Source: a virus (Duplodnaviria > Caudoviricetes). From it: a stretch of 64,000 bases of DNA. This document shows, piece by piece, positions 29,304-38,469 of this stretch. Under the pieces are notes generated by a model that was given only the letters and a program-made list of their open reading frames with translations, searched no databases and had not been told where the DNA came from. Both the position numbers and the translations under genes were made by a program. The first letter of the stretch is position 1, and the number at the start of each line of letters is the position of its first letter. The DNA is taken from the IMG/VR virus record IMGVR_UViG_3300037247_001786, positions 320,001-384,000 of that record; one strand, 5' to 3'.

Positions 29304-29586
29304 ATGTAAGTCTAGAAAAGTAATCACTATCGATTCAGATAATGATTATTGCGAGAAATGTCAAGAATGGTTTCCCGCAGTAAAAGTATTTTGCGATGAT
29401 TGCGAAAAACCTCTTGGTACTCCGCATTTGCATAAGTGCGATCCCAGTTATAAAGATATCAAAGATGAGATAGAAAAGCTAAAATTGTTTCAAGATTATT
29501 CTTATTATGTTGGAACAGAAATAACGTGTGAGCGTATGCCTCTTAAATTTTCCCCTTGGTTAAGTGAAAGAAAGAAAAACAAATGA
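29287..29586 (+). CDS. Zinc-ribbon protein
   Basis: CPKC..CEKC..CDDC..H..C. Confidence 0.55.
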   Translation: MRICPKCKSRKVITIDSDNDYCEKCQEWFPAVKVFCDDCEKPLGTPHLHKCDPSYKDIKDEIEKLKLFQDYSYYVGTEITCERMPLKFSPWLSERKKNK

Positions 29587-30050
29587 AAAAAATAATGTTT
29601 GTAGCAATAATGATGTTGGTTGTATCGGTAAGTAATGCTTCATTTACTTATTCACTCACTACTAATAAAGAAACGTACAGTACTGATGAATCTATTTTTA
29701 TAGATTTTTCGGTAACTAACGAAACAGAAGAAGTTCTTATCTGGCCAAGAACATGGGGAACTCTAGGAGCAAAGATAATAAATACTGCTACAGATGAGGT
29801 CGTATGGTCGTCGCCGCGACCCGAAGTACATAGTATGATTTTTCTGCCGAATAAACTTCTCCCAGGAAAAACTTTTGAAATAGATTGGACAATAGATACA
29901 GGACTTCCTCATGGGCTTTATGATTTGGAAGGAACGTTTTTCGGATTAGACTATACTGAATATAGTGCTATAACCGTAATTCCAGAACCCAGTACATTAA
30001 TATTACTATCAATAGGAATTATGACGATCAGAAGGAGAAAAAGATGTTAA
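29583..30050 (+). CDS. PEP-CTERM sorting-domain protein
   Basis: Signal peptide; C-terminal VIPEPSTLILLSIGIMTIRRRKR. Confidence 0.85.
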   Translation: MKKIMFVAIMMLVVSVSNASFTYSLTTNKETYSTDESIFIDFSVTNETEEVLIWPRTWGTLGAKIINTATDEVVWSSPRPEVHSMIFLPNKLLPGKTFEIDWTIDTGLPHGLYDLEGTFFGLDYTEYSAITVIPEPSTLILLSIGIMTIRRRKRC

Positions 30051-30361
30051 AAATACCAGAATCACAATTACAAAAAGTTATGTTCTATCTTTATGAGTGG
30101 ATAGAGGAAAATGAAGTTAGCAGAGCTTCCTTGCTCATAGAAGATGATAGATTAAGATTTGTAGCTGGAACGAAAGACAATGTTTACGATGATGCCTTTG
30201 AAGATGGTTTGTCGAAATTGGATTGGAATATAGCCCAGGATGAGGGTATATCAAAAATAGAGATGTCTGTGCAAAGTACTCCAAAAGATATCTTTGATGG
30301 TCTTGTTGAATCTTTTAATCCAATAGCTATAATCGAATTTGACGACATCGAGGGTAAATAA
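30044..30361 (+). CDS. Hypothetical protein
   Basis: AGGAG RBS. Confidence 0.55.
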   Translation: MLKIPESQLQKVMFYLYEWIEENEVSRASLLIEDDRLRFVAGTKDNVYDDAFEDGLSKLDWNIAQDEGISKIEMSVQSTPKDIFDGLVESFNPIAIIEFDDIEGK

Positions 30362-30745
30362 ATGTTTGGAAGCGGATACGAAGCACGCATAAATAGAAAA
30401 GTACAAGAGCAAGCCAAAAGTCTAGACTACCGTAACGAGGAACTTGAATCAGAAATTAAAAATTTAAGACTCGTTATGCTTCAAGATAATAGTAATCTTG
30501 TTGATCTAGGAAGAAATGAAGTTCTAGATATAATAGCATCAGCCGCTTCTCCAGAGAATCACAATCGAAATATATCTATAAGTACTAGGAGACTACTAAG
30601 TACACCAGAAGGAGATCGTGTATATCGAGAAATAAATAAGCTACTAGAAGAAAAAAAAGAAAAGAGTGGAAGATTGCAGAAAGCCGAGCGGACATATCAA
30701 GAAATAATTAAATTATCGGAAAAAAGAAAAAATGGACAAACCTGA
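30362..30745 (+). CDS. Hypothetical coiled-coil protein
   Basis: Coupled ORF. Confidence 0.55.
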   Translation: MFGSGYEARINRKVQEQAKSLDYRNEELESEIKNLRLVMLQDNSNLVDLGRNEVLDIIASAASPENHNRNISISTRRLLSTPEGDRVYREINKLLEEKKEKSGRLQKAERTYQEIIKLSEKRKNGQT

Positions 30746-30992
30746 TTGTTACAAATGCATACATAGAGGAAATACACCAGGAGACGCACATAGCTGCTGT
30801 CGGCATCCGAAAGTAGGAGATGACCCATTTGCTGCTATATTAACTATGCTCTCCACAGGGGGAGCAGTGGCTAATGAACTTAATATAAAAGGTAATGAAT
30901 ATGGGGTTCAAAGCGGTTGGTTTTTATGGCCAGCCAATTTCGATCCTGTATGGCTTGAAAGTTGTGATGGTTTCGAAGGAAATGATAAATGA
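30732..30992 (+). CDS. Cys-rich hypothetical phage protein
   Basis: CYKC.HR...PGDAHSCC.HP...GWF.WP.NFDP.W...C.GF. Confidence 0.6.
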   Translation: MDKPDCYKCIHRGNTPGDAHSCCRHPKVGDDPFAAILTMLSTGGAVANELNIKGNEYGVQSGWFLWPANFDPVWLESCDGFEGNDK

Positions 30993-31315
30993 AGGCGTAC
31001 AAAACATTTATAGTGAAAAGAGACGGAGTCTTAAGATCTATTTTTCATTTTTTTGATTTCCACGATGGAGAGAATGTATATAAAGAAAAAACCAGGGGAT
31101 TTCTTTCCTGGGCGACAAAAAAACAAGCGGAAAGGTATAGAGAAACACTAGTAGCTATTCATTTTTCTGAAGTGATAGTAAAAGAAATCGAGATAAAAAA
31201 AGAAGATATTATCAAAGAAGAAAAAGAAAGATTATATACAAAAGACGGTCAGAAGAAATTAAAAATCAAGAATCCATATGGAATAGCTATATACTCTACA
31301 AAGATATATATATAA
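30989..31315 (+). CDS. Hypothetical protein, distant family A-like
   Basis: AYK...GFLSW..KKQA...EI. Confidence 0.5.
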   Translation: MKAYKTFIVKRDGVLRSIFHFFDFHDGENVYKEKTRGFLSWATKKQAERYRETLVAIHFSEVIVKEIEIKKEDIIKEEKERLYTKDGQKKLKIKNPYGIAIYSTKIYI

Positions 31316-31339
31316 TAACTGTCTTCTAAATAAAAATAC

Positions 31340-31368
31340 TTGAAAGTGTTTTCTAAACTGGTATAATA
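31340..31368 (+). promoter_or_regulatory. Sigma70-like promoter
   Basis: TTGAAA GTGTTTT...TGG TATAAT. Confidence 0.7.
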
Positions 31369-31374
31369 GATATC

Positions 31375-31812
31375 ATGAATCTAAAAGATATTAAAGATGA
31401 TATAGATAAAATCGTTCATAACTACAAAGATAAGTGGATGAATTTTGTCTTTGAAGATGATCCAGAGACAGCAGTGGCTTTTAAAGAAAAACAGATATAC
31501 AAAGCTATGTATATTATGTCTAAAATTAACGCCTACTATTCTTTCATCAAAAACCCTATTGTGACCACTAGACAAGAGGGATTCGATTTCATATTTACCT
31601 GGGAATTCAAGAAAAGCAATCGTGTTAAATTAGAATTAGTTATTCCATGGGAAGGGAATATGTTATATATGGCACATTTTATTCACGGTATGGACAGGTC
31701 GGAAAATGAATATTTTGACAAAAGTTTTTCATCCATAGGTCAGGAGATTTCGGATATTGGAGTAATGTTAAAAGAAGCGACAATAGAGGAGACTATAAAT
31801 GGCAGTAAATAA
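31375..31812 (+). CDS. Hypothetical protein
   Basis: First ORF after promoter. Confidence 0.55.
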   Translation: MNLKDIKDDIDKIVHNYKDKWMNFVFEDDPETAVAFKEKQIYKAMYIMSKINAYYSFIKNPIVTTRQEGFDFIFTWEFKKSNRVKLELVIPWEGNMLYMAHFIHGMDRSENEYFDKSFSSIGQEISDIGVMLKEATIEETINGSK

Positions 31813-32401
31813 TGACTTATTACTATATATTGAGCCGAAAACAGACCCATCTGTGATGCCAGTAATAGATGCTCTTACTTGTTCAATGGTTCATGCTTTG
31901 AGAAAAGCGAAAGAGGGAAGTGTTAATTACTGGACTGAACCTCCATATACTTTCGAAGAAGGTAACGGATATAAAGGTTGGCATAGGTGTTCCTGTGGAG
32001 TTACTTCTAGCAATAAGGATTACCAGTTGCCAGGTGGAGAGATGACAAATAGTTTGGCAATACATTACCTCGCCTATCATAGAAATGAAATAAGTGAAGA
32101 ACAATTGAAAAGAGTTGAAGCTCTTACCGAGGATACAGATTTGCCCACTGATGAAGAATTAAAAGTCCCGAAAGGATCAGAAGGCTATAGTACAAAAGCT
32201 GTAATAGACTCGATATACCCTCCACCTGATGAAGACTATTCAGTTGGTTTTAAAAATAGAGGAATGGGTAGGGGCGATTTTTGTGTCATGTCTAGAAATG
32301 GAGAGGTCATAGCAGAAATAATTACAAACGAAAAGGCGGAAGAGAATGCTAATTTTATAGCTAAGGCTTGTAACGCATATGCAAAAAAGGAAGAAAAATA
32401 A
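31799..32401 (+). CDS. Hypothetical protein
   Basis: H.CSCG..S...Y..P.G..TNSLA.HY..YHR pattern. Confidence 0.6.
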   Translation: MAVNNDLLLYIEPKTDPSVMPVIDALTCSMVHALRKAKEGSVNYWTEPPYTFEEGNGYKGWHRCSCGVTSSNKDYQLPGGEMTNSLAIHYLAYHRNEISEEQLKRVEALTEDTDLPTDEELKVPKGSEGYSTKAVIDSIYPPPDEDYSVGFKNRGMGRGDFCVMSRNGEVIAEIITNEKAEENANFIAKACNAYAKKEEK

Positions 32402-33227
32402 GATGGATAAAAAAGAGCTAAAAGAAGAGTTAAATAGAAGCCAAAAGATAGTTGAAGGTTTTAGGAAACAAGACAGCGATGCCCTCAGATACGGTAAGCA
32501 GATAGCAAAAAGAATGATCGAAAGATATCGAGCGGTGCCTTTCGAGGCACATGGGAAAAAATATCATGATAAAGGAGGACTGCAAACTGATCATGTTTCA
32601 AATGTTCTGTCTGAAATACTTTATCAGTGTTATAGTGAAGACAGAAAATGCGGGTGCCAAGAACTTCTTATGGAATGGATAATGGATAAATTCTGGGGCA
32701 AAATAGTAATGGAATATATCCCTACATTTAGAGAGGTATGGCAATATTTACATGATAATAAATTTAATAAAAGAAGTAATGCTCTTTCCTACGGAGATGC
32801 CGATGCAAGTATTTGGGTAGAATACCCGAAACAATTAAATGCATGGGAAGATAAAAGAAAAGTTGTTATACATAAATCTCATTGTAGCTGTTCGAAAAAC
32901 AATACTCATATATTTATTTATGATGAAGATGGTCTTCCAGTTTGCAGGGGAAAGTTTAATGTCAGGACGGTTTGGAATAGAGAAGTTAATAGGGGAAACC
33001 ATTGGGGCGATGATAGGGATATTGAAGTCCCCTCTCTTAGTACCTATAGAAAAAGAAATTTTGAGTATAGCTATGGGGACGGTAGAGATAAAGGATATGC
33101 ATTAAGGCTCGACGATACATCTACACCAAGAGTAGAGTGGTCGATGCTTTATCAAAAAGAGATAGAACATGCCTTATATTTGATTAGTGCGATGAAAAGA
33201 GCGAAGGAAGAAAATGAATCCATTTAA
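32379..33227 (+). CDS. Hypothetical protein
   Basis: Long ORF; likely start 32403. Confidence 0.6.
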   Translation: MQKRKKNKMDKKELKEELNRSQKIVEGFRKQDSDALRYGKQIAKRMIERYRAVPFEAHGKKYHDKGGLQTDHVSNVLSEILYQCYSEDRKCGCQELLMEWIMDKFWGKIVMEYIPTFREVWQYLHDNKFNKRSNALSYGDADASIWVEYPKQLNAWEDKRKVVIHKSHCSCSKNNTHIFIYDEDGLPVCRGKFNVRTVWNREVNRGNHWGDDRDIEVPSLSTYRKRNFEYSYGDGRDKGYALRLDDTSTPRVEWSMLYQKEIEHALYLISAMKRAKEENESI

Positions 33228-33519
33228 ATGTCCCAAATGCGGAAGTCAAAAACTTACAGTTAGTGAAAAATACCGATATAGTAGATATTTTCGATTAGAA
33301 GATAATATGTTATTTGGATTAACTGAACCAAAATGCGAAACTGCTCTTGAGACTTGGATTGATTGTAGCGACTGTAGGGAATTATCAGGTTACAGAGATG
33401 GACCCGGCCCAACAGAATGGATTGCAAACGAAGAAGAGAAAAAAATAATTTGGGATATGCTAGATAAGGCAAGTGAACCAGTTGATGTTTCTGAATTTTT
33501 AGAAAAGGAAGAAGAATGA
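33214..33519 (+). CDS. Zinc-ribbon protein
   Basis: CPKCGS...CSDC. Confidence 0.55.
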   Translation: MNPFKCPKCGSQKLTVSEKYRYSRYFRLEDNMLFGLTEPKCETALETWIDCSDCRELSGYRDGPGPTEWIANEEEKKIIWDMLDKASEPVDVSEFLEKEEE

Positions 33520-33914
33520 AAATTATACCAAAAGAAGAGATTAAAAATGACGATTACTATGGAGAGATAGTCGAAACTCTTGACCTATGCGGTTTGAATC
33601 CCATATATATAGAAGATGAAAATGGCACATATAGATTTCAATCTAATTCTATTGTTAGATATCTTGTAGGTAGTAGCAGCCTTAATCTTATATGGGGCGA
33701 GGCTGGTGAAAAAGAATATTCTTTGAGAGAGTTTTTAGAACTATATATTCATATGGGGTATTCACTTGGAGGCTATCTCGAAATTTTTGGAGAGGCAATA
33801 GATAAGATATTAAGGATCAGTTATGACTACCATACGGGAGATCGTACTTCAAAACTGGGATATGATGAGGAGTCTATTAAGTTTTTTGATAAACCAGTAT
33901 ACGAGAGTAAGTAA
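33516..33914 (+). CDS. Hypothetical protein
   Basis: Coupled ORF. Confidence 0.55.
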   Translation: MKIIPKEEIKNDDYYGEIVETLDLCGLNPIYIEDENGTYRFQSNSIVRYLVGSSSLNLIWGEAGEKEYSLREFLELYIHMGYSLGGYLEIFGEAIDKILRISYDYHTGDRTSKLGYDEESIKFFDKPVYESK

Positions 33915-34243
33915 TGATATATCTACCAGAATTACCAATCAGTGTTAAGCATATGGTACAGAACTATAATGCTTGGATAGTAGGCAGTGCCGCTGATCCA
34001 AGTTCTACAATAAAACAAGTTAAAGACATAGACGTTATAATTTCTTTCAGTCTATGGAATAAAGTTGTAGGATTGATACCGGAAAATGCTACTAAGAATA
34101 ACTATGGAGGTTGGAAGTACGGTGATAACGGAAAGATAATAGATGTATGGCCAGATGAATTAAATCATTTTATGAGTTCTGATATGCCAAAATATTTATG
34201 GCAACCAAGATATAATATAAGATATGTAAAAAATAATTATTAA
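33914..34243 (+). CDS. Minimal nucleotidyltransferase-like protein
   Basis: WIVGSAA...KDIDVII...IDVW (GS + DxD + D). Confidence 0.6.
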   Translation: MIYLPELPISVKHMVQNYNAWIVGSAADPSSTIKQVKDIDVIISFSLWNKVVGLIPENATKNNYGGWKYGDNGKIIDVWPDELNHFMSSDMPKYLWQPRYNIRYVKNNY

Positions 34244-34252
34244 GGAGAAAAT

Positions 34253-34567
34253 ATGACACCAAAAGAAACAAGAAAAGAATTCGATATGCAAATAAAAGGG
34301 ATGCAAGTAATGATAATAGACAAGATAGAAGCATCTCTCACAGACGATATATTGATACTAGAAGAAGAGAAAAAAGTAGAAATAAATATAGATAGTATGG
34401 TAAGATGTAGTTTCAGTTCGAATATAAGAAACCTGTACAATAAGCGAAGAGCTGATACCATTGAATTTCTTAAAGAAACATATCAGAATCAAGAATGGGA
34501 AGTTGAGCAAAAGTTAACATCCCAAACTGGAGATGAGATAGCTCTTATTTTCAGTATCAAAAAATAA
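34253..34567 (+). CDS. Hypothetical protein
   Basis: AGGAG RBS. Confidence 0.55.
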   Translation: MTPKETRKEFDMQIKGMQVMIIDKIEASLTDDILILEEEKKVEINIDSMVRCSFSSNIRNLYNKRRADTIEFLKETYQNQEWEVEQKLTSQTGDEIALIFSIKK

Positions 34568-34570
34568 TGC

Positions 34571-34599
34571 TTGAAAGTGATTCCATAATATGTGATAAT
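34571..34599 (+). promoter_or_regulatory. Sigma70-like promoter
   Basis: TTGAAA GTGATT...TGT GATAAT. Confidence 0.6.
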
Positions 34600-34638
34600 A
34601 GCGTCAGTTAATATTATTCAATATGTAAGGAGAGTACA

Positions 34639-35634
34639 ATGTTTGATTTTTTAGGTTTAAAAAAGACCGGAACAACAGAAACAAAACAAGAGAGTAAACC
34701 TGTCGAAGTTTTAGATTCGATTGTAGATACATATGTCTCGGAGATACCAGAAATATCTGTTGACGTAGACGCAGAAAGACAAAGGCAAATAGAGGGTAGT
34801 GCTAAGGTATTAGACTTCTTTAGCAAAGAGTTATCCTCCACAACTTTTAATAATGAGAGAGAGGCTTTGTTGCAGAAAAAAAAGGAATATGAAGAAAAAA
34901 TTTGGGATCTCAAAATGACAGTATCTCAAAATGAGATTAACAAGTTGTATCCCAAAATAGATCTATCTTTTCTTTCTATGAAACAACCTAATAAAAATGG
35001 AGAAGAAGAGACAGACATATTTTCAAGCGATAAGATGAAAATAAAAAATATCATTTCTTTTACTCCCAAATTCTCTATTCATCAACTGGAAAAAAGAGGA
35101 AGCTCCTTCAATTTCCGGGCTTGTGAAATTGTTTTTGATATCGTCGGAAATGTGTCTAAAAAATATGCGATAAATGGAGTAAGCTTGCGAGCAGGATCAG
35201 TACATATTTTTGAACATCTTGTAAAAGTATATCATGATAAACAAGTAAAAATGATTAATGACACTGAGTTTCCTCGTTTTGGAGAGTCCTTACTGGGGGG
35301 AGCCAGATCAGTTAATCGTGTTCGTTGTGACTTTAATGTTCCAAGAGCAGGCGGTCGTAAATGGTTTCATCAAGATATATTATTCTCAAGCGAATTTAAG
35401 GGAATGATACCCTCAACCACCAAAAAGAAAATTGAAAAAGCGACAGATGAATTTGCTCGTCCAGATGGAACAGGATATGATGTCTACCTTATAAAAGAAT
35501 GTACCGACTGGGAAAGTAAAGCCATCACTAAAGACCCTCTTATAGTCGGAGTGTCTGGAGATCAAGCTTACCTTATCGATCATTTTGATTGTACCGATCT
35601 CGAAAAATATGTAAAACTAGAATTCGGAATATAA
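34639..35634 (+). CDS. Hypothetical protein (331 aa)
   Basis: AGGAGAG RBS, long ORF. Confidence 0.65.
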   Translation: MFDFLGLKKTGTTETKQESKPVEVLDSIVDTYVSEIPEISVDVDAERQRQIEGSAKVLDFFSKELSSTTFNNEREALLQKKKEYEEKIWDLKMTVSQNEINKLYPKIDLSFLSMKQPNKNGEEETDIFSSDKMKIKNIISFTPKFSIHQLEKRGSSFNFRACEIVFDIVGNVSKKYAINGVSLRAGSVHIFEHLVKVYHDKQVKMINDTEFPRFGESLLGGARSVNRVRCDFNVPRAGGRKWFHQDILFSSEFKGMIPSTTKKKIEKATDEFARPDGTGYDVYLIKECTDWESKAITKDPLIVGVSGDQAYLIDHFDCTDLEKYVKLEFGI

Positions 35635-35660
35635 CTGCCCCAACTTGAAAGGCAAGTAGG

Positions 35661-36035
35661 ATGAATACTTATGGTACGGTATATAGAGTAGAGAACGATG
35701 ACACCGGAAATGGTCCTTATCATTCCACTTCAACTGGGAAGTACAATTGGATAGTCTACGACAGAGTTCATAGAAAATCTTATCAAAAAAATCATCCTAT
35801 TCCATGGATGGATGTAGGTTTTAATCCCAGAGGAGAAGAGGTTTGTGGCTTTTCTTCAATCAAACAATTAAAGAAATGGTTTTGTAAGACCGATTTAGAT
35901 TTTATTTTAAGACATAACTTTTCCGTTTTAAAATATGAAAATGTTGTTATAGAGGGAACGAGTTCTCGTCAAGTTATTTTTTCGAGAAAAGGTAGAAGAG
36001 TAAAAATAACAAATATAACGAAAAGTTTTTTATAA
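35661..36035 (+). CDS. Paralog family B protein
   Basis: YGTVYR.EN...GPY...HP.P...CGF.SI.QLK.WF; tandem duplicate of 36046. Confidence 0.65.
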   Translation: MNTYGTVYRVENDDTGNGPYHSTSTGKYNWIVYDRVHRKSYQKNHPIPWMDVGFNPRGEEVCGFSSIKQLKKWFCKTDLDFILRHNFSVLKYENVVIEGTSSRQVIFSRKGRRVKITNITKSFL

Positions 36036-36045
36036 TAAGGCAATA

Positions 36046-36438
36046 ATGAAATACGGAACCGTTTATAGATTAGAGAATAGCAGTAATGGCGGCGGACCAT
36101 ATTGCTCAAGCGTACCAGGTGGCTATAATTATGAAGTATATTGTCTCGTACATAAGAAAGGGATGCAGAAAAATCATCCAACACCAGAAAGAGATATTGG
36201 ACGAGAGACGGTAAAAGGGGAATTCTGTGGATTTATTTCTATTTCTCAATTAAAGAGATGGTTCTGTAAAACTGATCTTGAGTTTATATTAAGTCATAAT
36301 TTTTCAATTATGAGATATGAAAATGTCTCTATAGAGGCTGTTGGTAAAAGTCAATGTATCTTTAAAAAAGTAGATTATAAAACAAAAAAAACAAATATAA
36401 CAGATAGATTTCGGATAAAGGAAAAACATGAAAGCTAA
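36046..36438 (+). CDS. Paralog family B protein
   Basis: Shares WFCKTDL.FIL.HNFS...YENV with 35661. Confidence 0.65.
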   Translation: MKYGTVYRLENSSNGGGPYCSSVPGGYNYEVYCLVHKKGMQKNHPTPERDIGRETVKGEFCGFISISQLKRWFCKTDLEFILSHNFSIMRYENVSIEAVGKSQCIFKKVDYKTKKTNITDRFRIKEKHES

Positions 36439-36832
36439 AGGTTTTACACTAATCGAGTTAATGGTAGTTATGTTGATTGTGTCTCTTCTGGTAGCGGTGG
36501 CTATCCCAGTTATAAGTGGGAAAGTACAGTCGAAAGTACAGTCGAAAGAACAAGTACCGCAAAAACAAAGTATTGCGATTGTTGAACTGAAAAACGATTC
36601 GTTACTGATCCATCAAAATATTAATTACAAGATAATATTAAAACCAGCATTTCAAGGTCCTAATGTAGATCTCTATTTAACAGAGATACCAGATAATGCA
36701 GAGGTAATTATCGAGAACGGTAGGTATTATTTGCTATGGACTCCGATGACAGGGAGTACTCTAAGGACTACTATTATTACGTCTGCACCAAATCTTATGA
36801 AAGAACAAGATGTAACTATATTTGTAAAATAA
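36428..36832 (+). CDS. Prepilin-type N-terminal cleavage/methylation protein
   Basis: KG|FTLIELMVVMLIVSLLVAVAIP. Confidence 0.85.
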   Translation: MKAKGFTLIELMVVMLIVSLLVAVAIPVISGKVQSKVQSKEQVPQKQSIAIVELKNDSLLIHQNINYKIILKPAFQGPNVDLYLTEIPDNAEVIIENGRYYLLWTPMTGSTLRTTIITSAPNLMKEQDVTIFVK

Positions 36833-36990
36833 TTTTGCGAGAAAAATATGCTAAAAGTTAATTTAGAAAATGTAATAATATTATACGCCTATGACAAAGA
36901 TGGTGTATGCGATAAAGTTAAGATAACACAGCGAGACGGAAGTTGCCAATTGTTTCAAGTTGATGCGAATAATGAGATGGTACTAATAAT

Positions 36991-37527
36991 ATGAAGATAG
37001 ATATTAAACCTAATTTTATAGTAAATTCGCTTGAAGATATAATGGACTTATCAAAAGTCTACCGTTGTAAGAAACTACCAGATGCTATTAAACAAAATGT
37101 CATAGCTTGGCATAATAGCAGTAAGTATAAAGATAAACATTTGGTAAGGTTCGGCGATTGCACTAATGTATATGGAGCAACTTGTATTAAGTGCGACTGT
37201 AGTATGTGGGACTGGGGAGGATATGCAGGAGACACACAAACTATGTCTGACGAGTACTTCGAGCCATGTAAAAGGTATTCTCGTCATGGACTTATAATGC
37301 AACTATTGAAGGTAGTAGAAACATACGACTGGCAGTCTGATGCAGAATGGCTAAATGATGTCTTTGAAGAGTTTAAACTTACTACAGAAGAAGGTCGTAA
37401 ATTTTTCAACTTTTATAGTAAAAATAGGCAGTTAATAGAAAAAGATGAGAACGGTAAAATCATAGGATTTGAGAACCGTCCAGAAGAATATATAGATAAA
37501 AATAAGGAAAAGAAAAATGAAAATTAG
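36991..37527 (+). CDS. Hypothetical protein
   Basis: C...CIKC.C..W pattern. Confidence 0.55.
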   Translation: MKIDIKPNFIVNSLEDIMDLSKVYRCKKLPDAIKQNVIAWHNSSKYKDKHLVRFGDCTNVYGATCIKCDCSMWDWGGYAGDTQTMSDEYFEPCKRYSRHGLIMQLLKVVETYDWQSDAEWLNDVFEEFKLTTEEGRKFFNFYSKNRQLIEKDENGKIIGFENRPEEYIDKNKEKKNEN

Positions 37528-37993
37528 AGAAGGATTCGTATCAAACTCAAGCTCAAGTAGCTTCATCATCGGCATCGCTGTAGTCAAAGATATTGAAAAG
37601 TGTAAAAAATATATCGAAGATAATAAGATAGATCAAGATGTTATTATCAAAACATACAAAGAAATTAAAGAACAGAGACCTTACTATCTTGATACGATTA
37701 CAGATACAACTTTGGAGATAGAATCATTTGCATGTTCAACCGTATCAATAAATCCAGAAGATCTCAAGGATGAAGACAATGTCCTAATCTATTATTTCTG
37801 CGGAAATGAAGGAGGCTGCTGTTTTATGGAAGATTACGATGATGGAGAATATTCAGATATAGATTATGACATAGGCTATGACTTCTTCTATCAGGCACAA
37901 AAAAATGTAATTGATATGTTAGGAAGTGCAGAAGATGCAGGACTTAATAAAGAGCAATGTAACTATAGCTACGGTGCAGCAAGGAACGGATAA
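37517..37993 (+). CDS. Protein with MKIR.GFVSNSSSSSF N-terminal motif
   Basis: Distinctive N-terminus; acidic C-terminal half. Confidence 0.65.
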   Translation: MKIREGFVSNSSSSSFIIGIAVVKDIEKCKKYIEDNKIDQDVIIKTYKEIKEQRPYYLDTITDTTLEIESFACSTVSINPEDLKDEDNVLIYYFCGNEGGCCFMEDYDDGEYSDIDYDIGYDFFYQAQKNVIDMLGSAEDAGLNKEQCNYSYGAARNG

Positions 37994-38265
37994 TGAGAGT
38001 AATTTTACAAGCCAAAGAAATACCAGAGGGGTCGATAGTTACCCTTCCAGGAATGGATCAGCAATATGTACTTCTAGATGAAGTTGAGGTGTTTTCTGGC
38101 GAAACTACATATGAGAATATGGTACAACCAGATTGCCTATTTATGATAGTGCCAGGAGATCTAGGTTCCTTAAAGGCTGTCCCTCGAAAAACCATGTTGG
38201 AATGGATAGTCTTAACAAAAGAAGACTATATAAAACTTAGAAATATAATCGTAAAACATTGTTAA
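37993..38265 (+). CDS. Hypothetical protein
   Basis: Coupled ORF. Confidence 0.5.
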   Translation: MRVILQAKEIPEGSIVTLPGMDQQYVLLDEVEVFSGETTYENMVQPDCLFMIVPGDLGSLKAVPRKTMLEWIVLTKEDYIKLRNIIVKHC

Positions 38266-38434
38266 TTTTTGGGATTAGAAGAGGTTTCTCATGAAAAAAG
38301 TATGTATTACTCTTATTTTTATTTTTGTTATTGGTAGCCTAATAGTTCTACCGATAAGCTTACTCGTTTCTCTTAGCTTTTTTGCAGCTGGTTGCATATT
38401 CTCTATAATTTGTCCTAGATAATAAAAATAACAC

Positions 38435-38462
38435 TTGAAAGTGATTTACTGGTAGGTATAAT
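38435..38462 (+). promoter_or_regulatory. Sigma70-like promoter for radical SAM pair
   Basis: TTGAAA GTGATTT...TATAAT. Confidence 0.7.
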
Positions 38463-38469
38463 AAATACT

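Noticed and set aside
38290-38420. 43-aa ORF as RiPP precursor for the SPASM enzymes
   Set aside because: Hydrophobic TM-like and located upstream of the operon promoter
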